This document shows positions 35,643-51,100 of a stretch of 64,000 bases of DNA, one piece after another. The stretch spans positions 10,728,001 to 10,792,000 of the forward strand of contig CM119371.1 in NCBI GenBank assembly GCA_051294905.1. The letters are read 5' to 3'. The notes under the pieces are model-generated. The model was given only the letters and a program-made list of their open reading frames with translations, was not told where the DNA came from and did not search any database. The DNA comes from Botryllus schlosseri (Eukaryota). Every line of letters begins with the position of its first letter. Position 1 is the first letter of the stretch. The translations under genes and the position numbers were made by a program.

Positions 35643-36589
35643 CAGTGTTTCTCAAACTTTTATAGACACGATCACTTGATGGAAGTGAAACCTTTTGTGC
35701 CTCCTTATCGTCCTATCCGAACAAATATAAAAAAGAGCAACCAGAATGTTCACAATTGTATCGCATAGTTTATGGCATGGACAGTTATGACTATTGCCAG
35801 ACTTCTCAAATATAATATAAAATTTCTGACAGAGACAGTGCGAGAAATTGTTAAGTTAAACATTTGCCGAAACAATCATATGTAACGGTACCACGTGGCG
35901 TATTGATATTTTGGTGATTTTGGTGTCACATCCGTTCTATTACCCCACTTGAGCTTGGCTCAAACGTCTCTGACCATAAGCCAGATCAAAAACCTATATC
36001 TGGACCCACACGCCATTCAAGGATGGCACAACTTCACGAGACAACCAATTATTTTTTACGGTCACAAGTGTTCGGCAAGACAAAAATTCAATTTAGTACT
36101 CTCGGGCATCCTACAAAATGTTTCCGTATTGAGTATACTCGTTGTGTCTACAGTCGGCGTTGTAATTCACTTCGATTCAAATCCTTGTTTCTTAGATTCA
36201 AAAGGCATATTATACTTGGCATATGATAATGTTGTATAAGGAAATATCTTATTTCTTCATAGCTCGTGCTTTTCTACGCAATATGCACATATGCTTGACA
36301 GACAGACCATAAAAGTATCAGCTAACAGCTACACGCATTCGGTTACTCGTATTTCAGAGACATCATCTGATCAGGGAAAGGTTCTGTATCAGTTAAAATG
36401 TAGCCTCAGTGTGAATGGTACGACTCAGCTATGGCATTTAAGATAGGAATATAACTGGTATTATAGCGGTCGTTGAGCCCTGTAAGTTTCAGCACAAATT
36501 AAGCTCCTTCGGGGGTCACGAAACATAATTTCTCTCAGGCGGCGTCGCTCCCTCTACCGATGCTTCACGTCCCCAATTTCAGAACACTA
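35643..36589. mobile_element. Degenerate Buster-type MITE
   Basis: CAGTGTTTCTCAAA...TTTCAGAACACTA, TSD CTTTAGTG/CTTCAGTG. Confidence 0.55.
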
Positions 36590-39500
36590 CTTCAGTGTAT
36601 GGGGTAAGCACATAATCAGCAAGCCGCTGTGGTCGTGATCATTCAAGCATAGCTGATTAACCAATCAAGAGACATGATTTCGTGATTACTAGTCTTCTCG
36701 CCGTCCTATGGTCGCTAACACGCCCACTCTACAGCAGCTACTTTCAAACGCATTCAGACAACTGTTAACGACTTTCCTATGAGCTTATTGCAGGTTCATT
36801 GATGTTTTTTATCAATAATCTACAGAATGAGACATGGATACGCATCTTTTTTGAGATTTTCCAAATTATGGACAACCCTAATTGTATATTCTGAATTGGA
36901 CCGTTTCTCAACGTGAATAACCTTGTGAACACTTAAAGCTCACCAATATGCTACAGCAAACATTCTTAGAGCCTCAATTATAATATGTTTCGCATTCGCA
37001 AAGAGGGTTGTTTAGTATCGATAGCTTAATTGGCTGCTCCATATCAGAGAATAATTCCGTTCGTTTCGAACGGTACTTTAGACATATCGCCATTCGCCGA
37101 CATAATTATATCCACAGGTGCTAAAAGTCATTTATAATATTATAAAACTGACTTACAATCAATTACACAGCCACGGAATTACCAAAATCAAACTAAAATC
37201 TCCGGAAGAACGTTGCCGTCACCCGATATACGCGATTTTCCCTGCTGTTACAGCAGGTAAATTTCGCGAGACAATTTGCCCGACAGATTTCCCGACAAAT
37301 TTGCGTCGTCTGTGACGCACGAATGGGTCACCTTACGCTGGGTGATTTATGGAGACATCTAGCGACATGTAGATAGGCCTACTAAGGCATACTATGCCAT
37401 TTCCTTCCCGACGCTGTTTGAACATTCAAATGCCGGATGTATCCGGGAAAATCAGGACGTATGGCAACCCTCAACAAAATCCGAGGGGTCACTACACACC
37501 AGTGGATGCTTCAAAACATTGAATCAACAAATTCAGACACATCAGCATTATATACCCCAAACATAAAATTCTTCACAAACTACAGGGTGGTTGTCTTATC
37601 ATACCAATTATCTTGCCGATGCTTATTTTCAATTCGAACTAGATGTAGATGCGGTGGATTTGTCTGCCATCCACACGCACTTTTTTTTTACTCCATCGAC
37701 GAATGAATTTCTGAGTCACATTCAGTTCCGCGATCGTTTTCGCTACTTATCGTAGATTTTTAGCGTCTAACCAAAAAAAAGTATGGAGCATATTTTTCTT
37801 ATAATTGACAAGGACGGCAAACGCCCATCCAGGAAATCCGTTGAAGCATACAAACAATTACCAAAACATCTTGATGGTGTCAGTTACAGGCACTCCTGGG
37901 GAAAGTCAATTATTATCGTGCGTTTCCTAATTATTTCCTATTAATTAAGACTCGTAATTCGTTTGAGATGCGCACTGTGACGCAGCTTCTCACAGTCTCA
38001 ACAACGACGTATTTGACGTTACGCAGTAAACTCGTGATGTATAGACATTAGACAAGCATCTCATTTCGTCAACGGATGCTTGTCAATTCGGTGTTCTCTC
38101 AATCGACCACAATGACCGATCATCGCGCACGCATCGGCTACTTTTTATTGGGACAAGAAAATTCCTGCTTACAGCGACAGGCAGAAACGCTCATGGCATA
38201 TCAATACGACATTCGCTTATTGGCATGAAAGCGCTGAAGGTTTACCTCGCTTACCGAAGGTTCCAGACCATGATTTGACGAGCTGAAAACTTATGACACC
38301 GCAGAGATTGCTCACGCTATTAGTATGGCATTCGACGGTTTACCGTTGGTTAACTCGCAATAAAATTCGTGACACGGAAAGACAAACAAAGTAGTGAAAA
38401 CATTTGTCACATATGGTAACTGGAATCCGAAGACGCATATTGATGACTGATAAAGTGTATAACCATTATAAAATGGTTTTCACACAAAAATAGTGTGTGC
38501 TTCTGGGCCCCCGTTGAAACCGTTGGACTTGACCAGTGAACTGCTTGGGTTCTTTGGACATGGGTTTATCCACTACAATAGTCAGTTTCGTTCTAAAAAA
38601 ATTATATTCGTCCGAACATCACGGTGGTAATCTGCCAAAACGGGTGCTCTACAAATATTACGGTATTATAAATGCTTCAGCGGCTTAGCATATCACCTTG
38701 ACATCGACCAGGCCTTTGCATGTAGTTTATGTTGTTGTAACTGCTGTCGTTTAACAACAAGTTCGGTGTGAGGTATCCTATAATGAAAGTCGTTGTGTCG
38801 TATTTCATCCGAAACACGAACTCCTACATCAGCTTACCTATCGTTAGAGTTGTTTAGAGTTGTTATAGCGTGCTTCCTTGTTTTCCTAAGCCGAATGATA
38901 TCGATCAAAACTAGTGCATTTCTGCCGATGGACATGGAGTAAAGTATGGTTATATCAGATTTCAAGTTACAAGACATGCGTGCACTTCCACAAATTGGGA
39001 GTGATATTGCAATATGAAGATTACAGTGATATAGCAGAGAGAACGTAATTGACAGTCTATTTAGAATATCTATACCTGGCCATGGATTGCTCCGACCACT
39101 TCTTGCCATGAGTATGAGGAGTAGGCCTACAACTATATTGATTACCTTGACCGCTAATTACAAAATACGCGATATATATTCTCCAAGAAACATGGCGGAT
39201 TTTATGATATTGACCTTGCATCTCGAAAACAGCCGAATAGTATTATTAAGTCATGACTGAGTTTAGGCCAGATGTCTCAAACTCAAATGTGCTCGCGAGC
39301 CAATTTTGTAGTTTTTGATGACGCCGCTGACCCCAGCATTAATAGGGTCAATCAACGTCATTCCAAGTAAGCTCTATTTGACGTTATGAAATTGTCAAAT
39401 TGACAGCGAACCAATCTTGCAGACTAACATTCCACGCACATCGTGAAAATGTGATTTACGGTCGTAGCAATCCACGCTTGACACGAAGACATCACGTAAC

Positions 39501-39729
39501 ACCATAGACATAACAATTATTATGTCATAATCATAGAAACGTCCAATCGCGGAAGAACCTATTGGTGTTAGAGCGCTGGAGCGTACCACTACGTTACTTG
39601 ACACCGTTCAGTGGCGTTGATAGCATGGATAAAGCGACCCAAGCTGTAACTAACTATATACATGAATGGGGAACAGAATCCCAATGGTTTCCGTAACGAC
39701 TTGCTTGGATAGCGAAATGCCAAGAGGTT

Positions 39730-40560
39730 TGCAGTAACGAATTGCCTCTACTCAAGTAAAGCGAATATCCAGCTCTTCTACTTCGTCAAATTTGGTGATC
39801 CACTTTTCGCTATTCACAGTTTGTCAAGTAGAAGTATTTTGTTCTCCCAATAATAGATAGAAAGAGACCGAAACGGAGAAATGCTGTTTTCGCGGAGAGT
39901 ATAGCATTTTCGTCATGCTTCGCGCGAAATATATATGGAGGGACTAATCTGCTTCAATGAAAGTCTCGGTCAACATAATTGATGTAGCGGTGGCGTGGTT
40001 TGTGTGAGCAATTTCATGCAGCATAGTCGCCCATATGACAGTTTCACCACAATAAATAAAGCTCAGCAATACGTTAGGAATTACACGATCTACCGTATTT
40101 TCAGTTGCCTTCCAAATGGCGCGAAGCGTTAATGTAGTATCCGATATAACTTATCCGTATTAACTATAAGCCTTGTAATAAAAGGTCACATTTTCTTAAA
40201 GGTGGTACAGGGGTGAAAAAGGTGTACAAACACTGTCCTATACTATAGCTATCAATCGTATGACATGCTGCAGACAAAAGCTGTTGAAAATATATATCTC
40301 CGAAATGGGATGTAGCAGCACAAACCCGGCATCTTTTTGCACCCTCCGCAGATGCCAGTTTCCAGATTTTAGCGATCCACGACAGCGTATTTATTACTGC
40401 TTTTCGAAACTATACTTACTTACATGAGTAGTTTTCAAAGAGAGTAAATTATACTTCTACTTGAAGTAGTTTTAGGGTGCTTCGAAAAGCACTACTTCTA
40501 CCTATACTTGAGTACTGCATTTGAGTATCTGTACTTCTTCTTGACTACGGTGACCGCTTT
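39730..40560 (+). mobile_element. Highly decayed third copy of the 2258-3494 family
   Basis: Shared segments such as CAGTTTGTCAAGTAGAAGTA, TATGGAGGGAC and CTTGACTAC. Confidence 0.6.
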
Positions 40561-41992
40561 TGAAATACCAAGCTACGACGTTCTGTTATATTACTATTCC
40601 CCATGACATGCAAATAGTATTTTGCGTCCAAGGTTGTAACCAAGTCACGATATGTGTCAAACAAATTGACACATTCTTGAAAATATGAAATGTCGACGCG
40701 GGCCGAGTCCCCTGGCTTATGAAATGATTGTTCGGGATGAATATATGCACTTGTATTATTTCGTCTATTTGAAATAGGAGTTCGTGGAGCTTGTGTTAGA
40801 CTGGCCGCTTCATTTCATAAGTATAATAAAGATATCTATTCTGATTATATTGATATGCCGATTATATGATAAAGATTACCATATGACCATGATTTTTCAA
40901 CGTGATCGCTAATTACATATTCATACAAATTCACGATACAATCTGTAATCATTATGAGAGATCTTTTTACGTCGACATTGTTTTTCGAAAATAGCCGAAC
41001 AGCATTAATAAGTCATGACTGAGTTTAGGCAATGTTCGCTATGAATACGCAGACTTGTATTGGTATGTAAATTATACTACGATAAAGTATACTCTTGCTA
41101 TAGAATCGATTGTTGTCACAAACCAACGTGTGACATTGCTCAAAAAAGTAAGATTTTTCTGAAGTTAAAGTCGAGTTTTACGTAGCATACCCGTACATTT
41201 CTACCGGTGGAGATGCAGGGAAGTATTGCTATATAAAATTTCAATCGACTGCGTATGCTTTCAGTTGAAAAGAAATTGAGTAAAATCGCAATACAAAAGA
41301 TTTCAGTGCTACAGCGGAGTGAACGTAATGGACAATCTATTTGGAATAAGAGTACGTCGACCGTGTGTTACTTCGCCGACTTTTTGCTGTAGGTATGAGG
41401 AGTAAATATACTGAATAACTTGCCATGCCGATCATATGATAAAGATCGTCTTATGAGCATTGAGCATACTATGATTTTACAACGTCGCCGCTTATTGTGA
41501 AATTTGCGATGTAATATATAGGATTCTTGACGGTTATTTTGGCGTCGTCCTTGTTTCTCGGAAATAGCCGCATATCAATAATAATTCATGACTGAGATTA
41601 GGCAATGATTGTTCGCTATGAATATTTAGACTTGGATTGTTTTGTAGGCTTGTACATTTATTCATATACTTTTGGTTACCATCGATTCGATTTAGGCTAA
41701 GTAAGTTTGGGCTGATGTAATAGCTGAATTTTACGTGACGCACTCCATACGCTCAAATGATCCAAGCAAACGTTACGTTTTTTAGAAGTACAGTTGATCG
41801 CACAACGGAACGATTTGGATTGAAGATTCATTGATCAATTTATAGATCACCTGCACGACAATATGTATGCTATATCATATTCATACTGATAACAAGATGA
41901 TAATTTCGGGATATTTCACATCACAATTTTCTACCCATTTACACAGTGAAATTGGCGTCAAGGCAAAACGTGCTTTTGTGCTTTAGTGTATT

Positions 41993-42001
41993 TATATAAA
42001 A
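41993..42001 (+). promoter_or_regulatory. Candidate TATA box of the LDLa-repeat gene
   Basis: TATATAAAA about 185 bp upstream of the signal-peptide ATG; weak evidence in AT-rich DNA. Confidence 0.3.
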
Positions 42002-42180
42002 GCATCGGTATTGTTTCTGTATTGTCTATTTCAAATCGTCGGCAGAGTAAGTAGTATCCCGAATATCTAGCTTCAGGTACAGTAGTCGCAACCTATCGCA
42101 TCGTCCTCCACATCTCAACATTCCACTGGTAACGAATAGAAACTGAAAAGTCCACGCTTTCGTGACTCCTGTTTGAGTGG

Positions 42181-45100
42181 ATGATGCGCTTGTTATGCTT
42201 CTTCACCGCCGCAGTAGTCGTGGTGGTCGCAGGCGTGCAAGGTAAGTCATAGTACCTGTATTTAAAAGCTATTATAGGTTAGTATAAAACATGTAAATAG
42301 CTAACACAGATGATTCACTTCCTTTGAGTGCTATAATTCATTGCTGTATCTGAGTAGCTAATCTGTCTCTGCATCTAAATCATTGGACTTGACTGGATTT
42401 GCCCACTCAATAGCAAGAAACAGAAATAATTATTTGATGAGTAACTTGAATTGCGAACAACAGCTCGATAGTTACTGAATTTAGAAATATTATAAATCGT
42501 TTTTATACTGCATGCTAAAATAAGTATCGACATTCTGCTCTGGTCGATATTTATCTTTATTTTCAATTAACTCATTGGTTTTAAGTGAGCGGGTCGTTCT
42601 TTTGGGTATATTTATGACGAATAAAAATAAATTACACCATATTCCTGTGAGAAAGGATGCGCAAGTCAGCTGGACTTTTATTGCAAAACATAGTCACAAT
42701 TAAACCTTGAGTAGATTTTACAAATTCCTACTAGTGCGGAGCATGGACCGGAGCCGGATTGGATATCCGGACGGATTTTTTCAATTTTGCCGGACCGGAT
42801 TGCAGCCTGATCAGTACTTTTTTTGATAAGGTCGGAATCTTTATGGATAAGCATGACGTTTGTAACTAAATAACTACCAACCAACAACACGCAAGTAACC
42901 GCCAAGCCAGTGCGAAAATAAAACGAGCCATACTTTTAAATTCACGGAACAACCGTACCGTGTTGGGCAGGATTTCCGGCAGGACTTTTTCATTTTTGGT
43001 AGGGACGCGGATCGGAGCCGGATCAGTACTTTCTCCTGGTACGGCCGGAGCTGGGTCGGACCAGAGAATTTGTCGATCCGCTTCGCACTAATTCCTACTG
43101 CCGTGATTAGAATGCTAGATCAAATATGCCACAATTTGATAGGAAATTATAATACAGGACTATCGATAAAATTGCGTGTATCGGTGATATTGGAATCGGC
43201 TCAAACTTCTGATATCAGTCGCGGTAAAGAATCATTGATATATTTGATGTTTTCGTTTAATAATATTTCAGCGGATCAAATATGTTCTAACGAACAGTTT
43301 CGCTGCGACGATGTAACATGTCTTCCCAAGTCACTCATCTGCGATGGAAAGAGAGACTGCAGGTAATCGACATTTCGTGAAGCCTTTTTCTAGTCTGGGG
43401 TCGAGGTATCTGTTCGTTGACATGTGAGACTAACTAACATAATCGAGATTATGGTATAGGTTACACTTGTAAGAGGGCTAGGTGTTGCCAGTGGTGAATA
43501 CAGGACCGATTAGGTGGCTGATAGCAGGCTTGGGAGCAATGTTCCCTCTAAGCTGCGCACGTGCGCAAATGCGCAGTGCTGAAACGGTCTCTGCGCACAG
43601 AAAATCTACGCTGCGCACAAAACATCAGAAATGATGTTTTTTTTTTTTTATAGTTGTTGCGCACTGTTGTCCAATGGACCACGCAGGCACGCAGATTCGT
43701 GAAAATTAAGATGGAACATTACCAGGGCCAAATAGTGTTATTACTGAAGTCTGAAACCGATGTACAAATGCGCCCCGCAAAGGTAACTATTGCGCTCCGT
43801 GAAGAAATTAGAGTTCACAATCACCTACGCCTCACGGAATATATTTTTTTGGTATGGCCTCGTACACGTGAGCGATACTGATATCATTTCAATAGCGCAT
43901 TATTTTCTGGGAATGGCGAAATAACATGTTTTAACAAAGTTATAAATAACAATGGGCTATAGCTCGAACTTAATCTGCGAGAAACTAACGAATGATAGTC
44001 TTCTTCGCGTGGCATGAGCATTGCGTAAGATTTACTCAGGACCGTAACTTTCGCACCCCAAACCCCCCAATTGGAAGGGCCGAGCTCGAAGGGGGTCCAA
44101 AATTATTTCGAGAATTAACATAAATTCGGTGGTATTTTTTGAAAATTTTCAGGAATTATTTTTCGCGCTACGCGCGTTTTATCATTGTAAGTTATCTGAA
44201 TATTGGGTAGCCTACCCTTTCCCAAAAAAAAAATTAGGCATGATTTATAGAAATGGGCAGTTGGGCGTCAGCCATTACCGCAACATGACGCGCCAAGACA
44301 TGTGAAGTTAAAGGCTATGTAACATGCGAATCCAAGAAGTGCGCCAGAACGACCAGCAGCGAAAAAGACTGTCCCGGTGCTGACCGAAAACTTCGATATA
44401 TACAAATATATGTGTAATTGTCCATGCCCATGGGCGCCTGAATGGCTGGCGCCGAATGTTCCTGTCCTGGCGATCCGAGTCCCACAACAAGACAAATGCC
44501 ATATAGAGGGAACATTATTTTCCAGTTGAGAAATACCAATTTGAAATCGTGTACGTCTTTTATTTTAGTACGTTTTGGCGATTTCAATATCTTTTGACAT
44601 AGCAGATAGGGGGTCACGAAAAAGCATCATGTAACGAAGTCATTTTATCAACGGGTACGATTGAAGATGTTTTATTATTATTTAGAGGGCCTATTTATTC
44701 CAACACACCTTACTGGATCAGTTCTACCGGTAAATCTGATTATGTGAGCAGGGAGAGGATAAAAATTGATAGCAATATATATGAAATTCCCTATTATACT
44801 GGCCGATGCAATCATGAATTATAGAAATATTTTCGCCCTTCGCGCGTTTAGGGACGCTACTACTAAATGGGCACCCAATGTACATGATAAGTACCGGAAT
44901 AAGCGTAGAGTCGAAGGCTTCGCCCCCAGTAATTAGTTTTATCACCCTATTGGAGGGTGGTTGCGCACTGTTGTCCGAGGGCCTGCGCAGTGAGTGGGCG
45001 TGTTTGCGCGGACTCTTGAAAAATTAGAGGGAACATTGCTTGGGAGGCAAAAATAAATCACCAACGTTCAGCATGAAGCCACCCATGCCAAAATATGTGT

Positions 45101-48100
45101 AATCGATTGTTTATATTCATAGTTCGTAACTTTTGTCGTTGCGAAGCATTAGTTAAAACTTACTCGAATGACGAACGACCGCCGTAGTGAATTGATGGTT
45201 GCGCATTATTACTGTTGATACGTAATCAAAATTCGAAAGCGAACGAGGGTTAAATACGTCGCGATCGAAGCACTAGAAGTTCTTGTACAAAACTACACGT
45301 GTTATTTGGCCGAAAAAGCCTTTAATGCACTAGGATACATCAAAACGAGGAAACGGAAATGTCTTTTTGATGACAAATTTGATGGCCTAATAAGGGAACG
45401 TTGGCGCAAAAAGTTACGACTGGTGTAGATTTGCTGAAAATCAGTAGCCTACTTATTGGGTATTTGAATTAAAGATGGTCAACTCTTGTCTTCGTTATGT
45501 GTAGGGGTTTTCGGTTGGTTTGTGAAAATAATGAAGCCGATGGCTGTCAAAAAGGTTTAAAAGCACCGATCCATGATACCAAACAAGAAGAATGTTAAAA
45601 CACGTGATAAAATTGATACCGACGTAAAATAATCGCCAACTTCATATTTTGACGATCCACGCCATGCTGCATTCTTGCAAACTCTACCATGCAGATGGGT
45701 GTGATTCCTTAGGCTGGGCAAATCGATGCGACTTGCAGAACTCGAATCGAGTTTCAAATGCAATGATTAAAGTACAGTCGTCACTTTCTTGACACCTAGG
45801 TTGTCCGCACCACAGATTACAGAAATCAATATATGTTACACTAAATCGCCAGCCTCCATGATCACCGGACCACGACCTAACATATCAATCTCGCCTTCCG
45901 CAACATGTCACCTCATTTTGTCGCTTGCCTTTTATATTCTCTGCTTTACTTTTCATTCAGTATGCATGCCTCTTCTCTGCTTCGGCTAGGCCAAGGTGGG
46001 TGTCTGATCTCAAAGACACTTTAAGTCTTTTCGGCACCTTCCTATCTTTTTATTGTATCGCAGTTTTCTGGCGTTTTGAAATGATGAAAATATTAATAAA
46101 ACTGATACTGATACTGTATTAAATGGTTATATATGTTTGCTGCATTTTCACAAAGCACTGCGAAATATATCAATAACTACAAAGTCCTTATTATGGTTGC
46201 ATAATAGGTGCATACAGTAGTGGAGTAGTTGAACGTCACAAGTAACTCCTGTTTCTCGCCATCATGAGGGCTACTCGTATACTTGATTTGATGCCAAGTC
46301 ACACACTCGACAGCTATTCGAATCACTGCGGTATAGTCGGGTTTTCACCTTTTTAGTGATTTATATATAGAATCCTCGGAGACATAGAAATTGAACATTG
46401 AACCTACTATAAATCTTGTTGCCAGCGACGGGTCAGACGAGCCGTATGCTTCATCGTATCAGGATAACGGAACGTTGTGCAGAAGGTCAAGACCACCAAA
46501 CATACTTTGTATCCTTCCTCTCGAACTTCAGCAAGAAAAACAGTCCTTATGCAGAGATGGTATGAACATGAACAGGAGATATATCGTGAACTGATTCCGT
46601 CAGTTTGCATTTACTAAAAATACTATTTGAATCTATGTGCGAATTCACGTATACTATTTTATTCCGACCGCGTGCTATATTTTTGATATTATCAGAATCA
46701 AAATTTTGTGTCCGCAAATCAGCAACACTTTCTTGGGATCACTGAATGATGTTGCTACTGGTTAGAATCGTTAGATCTTATCAAGCTCGAAAATCGGAGA
46801 TTTTAAGGAAGCTTAAACAGAAATCCGCGTACTGAAAATAACATATTGCGGTTGTGCGACCTGTTGGGCTTCTTGTCAATCAACACGTATGAGAAAACGG
46901 GCGCAGTAAATTACTTGGATTATAAGTTTAAGTTTCGTCATGTTTGTTTAGTTCTGATGATCGTTGTCTCTATACGAAATGAAATGAATATTCAATCACG
47001 CATTTCACTAAGCCAGTGGTTCCCAACCTTTTTCGCCTCGTGGCCCCCTTGGCCGATATTTGAGCCGAAATTCCCCCTATGAAAAATTTGCGTGTGACTG
47101 AAAGAGGTGCTTTTTAACGCACAACCATTTGATCGGGAGGTTGTCGCGGGCCCAACGAAATCGTGTTGCGATCCTCACTTTATCAGGGGGTGCAATATCT
47201 ACGGAGGGCATTTAAACATACACCCAGCTGAAAACCTACAATTGTAATGAATTAGTTTCTACATAACAGTTCTACCGTAAATCTAAAAACCTTGTCAAAC
47301 CCAACTTGTTTGTTCTGAGGTGTTCATAGTGTGCGTTGAATACTATGGTCATTTAACCAGGCCAATTTTCTCCATTTTTGTTATTCCGTAGCGGCCGAAT
47401 TATAGCACGGACCATTTCTAGACTTTTATAAGACACCTCTAACACGGATGAGATAGCAAGGAGGAGTCTAGATGAACCCCCCACACTTATGGTATGAATT
47501 CCTGAGTCGACCTCGGTCGGACTTGAACTCACAACCCATTGGTGTTGCTGCTGTGGAGTTTACCACCACGCCATCTAAACACACATTGCGAACCCAGTGT
47601 ATCTTCCGATACACCCCCAAAGCCAGATTACCCCTAAAAATTTCAAAATTCCCCCCGGTTGGGAACCACTGCACTAAGCCAAGTAAATATATCATGATAA
47701 CCGATTTATACTGTTTATATGCGGCACTCAGATATATTCCCAAGTCATTACTCCAGACCTCCGCCTTGAGCATGCAAAACGTTCTATATCAGGGAGTTTG
47801 GGTCCATGCCGCCTTGGCGGTATGCGGGCTACTTTCAAGAGGTACACGAATGCCCAGTCTTGATACTGCATTTATAAAACTACATCATTCTTTATTAGAT
47901 ATGCTCCTATACTTTGGTTAAATGCAGCTTTTATCTTTCAAGTGCTCGGCATAAAGGTCATGAGCGAATGTGTTGACCTTAGCTAGTCACGACTTAACAT
48001 TTTATGCAACATCTAGACCGCATAGCAATTTGTGTCCGAACCATAAAAAAAAACGTTCAGAAACGCTGTTCTATATATATATTAAGCAGACCCATAGGTG

Positions 48101-51100
48101 TGAATGACGATCTCATTAGTTATGAATAAATAAATTAATTCCCGCCAGAACTTCGGTAAAACTTTCTTATTGATCGATATTCACCCCACCATCAATATCA
48201 TAATACTAACGTCAGGAAGCAAGTGAAAAGCACGGGAAATATTTGTCAGTTCGATGAATCTTCATACAGCCGTTCCAAACAGAAAAAACACAACCGACTT
48301 GAATACTTTTCCCTTATTACAGAAATTCGTTGTTTCGAAGACGAATTCGAATGCCGCAAACCACCGAGAGTCTGTATTCCCGCTTCAGAATTCTGCGATA
48401 GTCAGGAAGACTGCAGGTACGCATATACTTGTTAGATTTCATGACATTGTAAATGAAAATCACCTTTTCAAAATTTCCACCCTTTCGCGGAGTGCTTCAC
48501 CATTAATGATAGGTCTGCCACCACTAGCTGGGGTGCACGAGTAAGTTCATTGTATGGGAATATTCCAAGCAATTAGCATAAAGAAGATACTTGGTATGCT
48601 ATATATCGATATCACCTACTGTCCGTATTGAAAGAAATGCAACGAAACTCCATTAGTTTGGTTGATATGTCGTTAACGTAAACCGGCGAGCAAAGTCGCC
48701 CCCTGCCTCTTAATGCTTTTTAGACTTGGTATTCTACTCAATATGAGTTGGAGAGGATCTACATATCCCGTTTAGGCGCAGAAACGCACCGCAGTTTACC
48801 TATATAACGTAGACATTAGTTTTAAAAGCAAGATAACAATATAATACAAGTATCATAAATAGGCAAGAGCATAGTGCATCGACTGTCTTCCATACTATTT
48901 CGTTTGAATACTTTCACAGTGATGGATGGGATGAGCCACAGTATGCAACTGAAGGCGATGATAATCGAACTCTGTGCAGAGGGACAAGTCTCTTCAGCGC
49001 AGCACTTTGCGTTCTGCCACCTGACTTGGAGCAGGACAGGAATAGATTATGCCGGGACGGTGAGTATGGATCATTTACGAAGTCGCGAATAACTGGATTA
49101 GCTGGATGTTGGGGGTTTATCTAAGCTCCTCCTCGTGATCTCATCCTCGTAAGCGGTGTCTTACAAATAGCCTACAACTGGGCCGAGGTACCATTCATCA
49201 GTTACGGGATAAAAAATAACGAATATCGGCCTGGTGTAAATTATCATGATAATTGTAGTCGACAAACATCATGGATACCACAAACAACAAAACCTGGATC
49301 GCAAAATTACGAAAATTCCCTTTTAGCACTGGTACTCAACCGGGGGTCCACGAAACATCTAAATTTGCAAAGTGATTGATGAATTAATTTGTAATTTTTT
49401 TAAATTAGGGAAATAGGTTTCAGTTTCAGTTTCACTTCATAACTGCTAAAACATCTGGACTCACATAAACAGAATCGTCGTCTGAGACGAAATATCCTAC
49501 TGCGCGAATTCATTCCATTGCCAAATTATCAATGGCCCTGATACAAACATATTGCTGTTTAGAGATGTTTGGATTTGAGGAAAACGAAAAAGTTGTAGTA
49601 GTAATGTTAATAAGGCTGACTTTGAATTGTTTTCAAAATATTTTGGGTTTGAAGTTGTCAGTTATAGCAAATTTGTGAAATAGGGTTTGAAATCGAATGT
49701 CCTGAAGCTCTCTGTCCGAATGAAGGGATTGGAACCTCGCCGCGGAATCCAATTTCTGCTATCATATACATAACTGAAACTACTATTGCAGAATAACTTT
49801 ATGATGAGCTTGTCGAAAGGAATGACTAGGGCAGGTGTGATCTGTTCCGTAATCATCATCATCATTGGTTTATTAGCCATTTTATCAGTTCAATACACCA
49901 CAGAAATGCGATACAATGAAAGTATAGGAAGGTGTCGAAGCGACTTGGAATAAGACACCCACCCTAGCCTAGGCGAGGTAAAGAGAAGGCATGCACGCTG
50001 AATGAAAAGTAAAGAAGATAGTATAGAAAAAAGCAAGCGACAAAATAGGGTGGCCTGTCATGGAAGGCGATATCGATAGGTCAGTCGTGGTCCGGTAATC
50101 TTGAGTTTGCACTAGTATTCATTGAGTAGTAATTGGTATTTCGATTTGAATGTGGATATGCTCGTTGACTGTCGGATAGCCGGCGGGATACTGTTTCAGA
50201 AATCAGGTCCGGCATATTTGATGGAGCGATGATCTTTTCGGTCGATGATATGATATTTGAACGACGTGGACGCGCGTGTGTTGTACTTGTGCGCTTTTGA
50301 TTCGGAGGCAAAAAAAAGTCATTGAAATATTTGGGGCAACGACCACAGTGGAACTGATACATAAACTAGGCGATTTCTAGTTTCCGCATATATTCTATGT
50401 TTAGGACACCAAATCTCTTCAGCAGTGACTTGTTGAATGGACAACCAGGCCCGTGTGGGGCTCTAGCTATGATACGGAAAACCTTATGTTGTAGTTTTTG
50501 CAGTGGCTCGGGTGCAGTTTTATTGGCAGCCCCCCAACAAAGGATGCCAAGTTGTAACTTCGATTGGATTAGGGCAGTGGTTCCCAACCTTTTTCATCCC
50601 GTGCCTCCCTTGGCCGTAATTCAAGCACAAATTCCCCCCTTGCGATAAATCTGCCCGATGATTAAAAAAGGTCAGTTTTACCGCGCAAACACCTGTTGAC
50701 TGAGAGAATAAGACGGGCGGCACCGAGTGTTAGTTTCTAGCAGTACTGTAATAACAGTTTGTAGATCTCCAAAAACAATGGTCTTGGTCCCAATCAAACA
50801 AATTCTGGAAGGCTTGACTCAACAGAACCCCACACTTCCATTTGTGTTTTCGGCTTACCAAGCACCAATGGCTACCAAAACTGCTATGATAAATCAATAT
50901 CCATAAATTTACTGGTCTCGCGATTTTTTTCTCAGGTTTGCGTGTGCATTTGGCCAATAATTTTGGTACTTTCATATATAGCAGGGTTGACCAGAATCGA
51001 TTTTCACTCGAGTCACCATTCTTTGATGACTTGATGAATTATCAAAATTCTCAAAATACGGAAACGACTCGACTCAACTCAAGACAATCTGGGTATTGAC

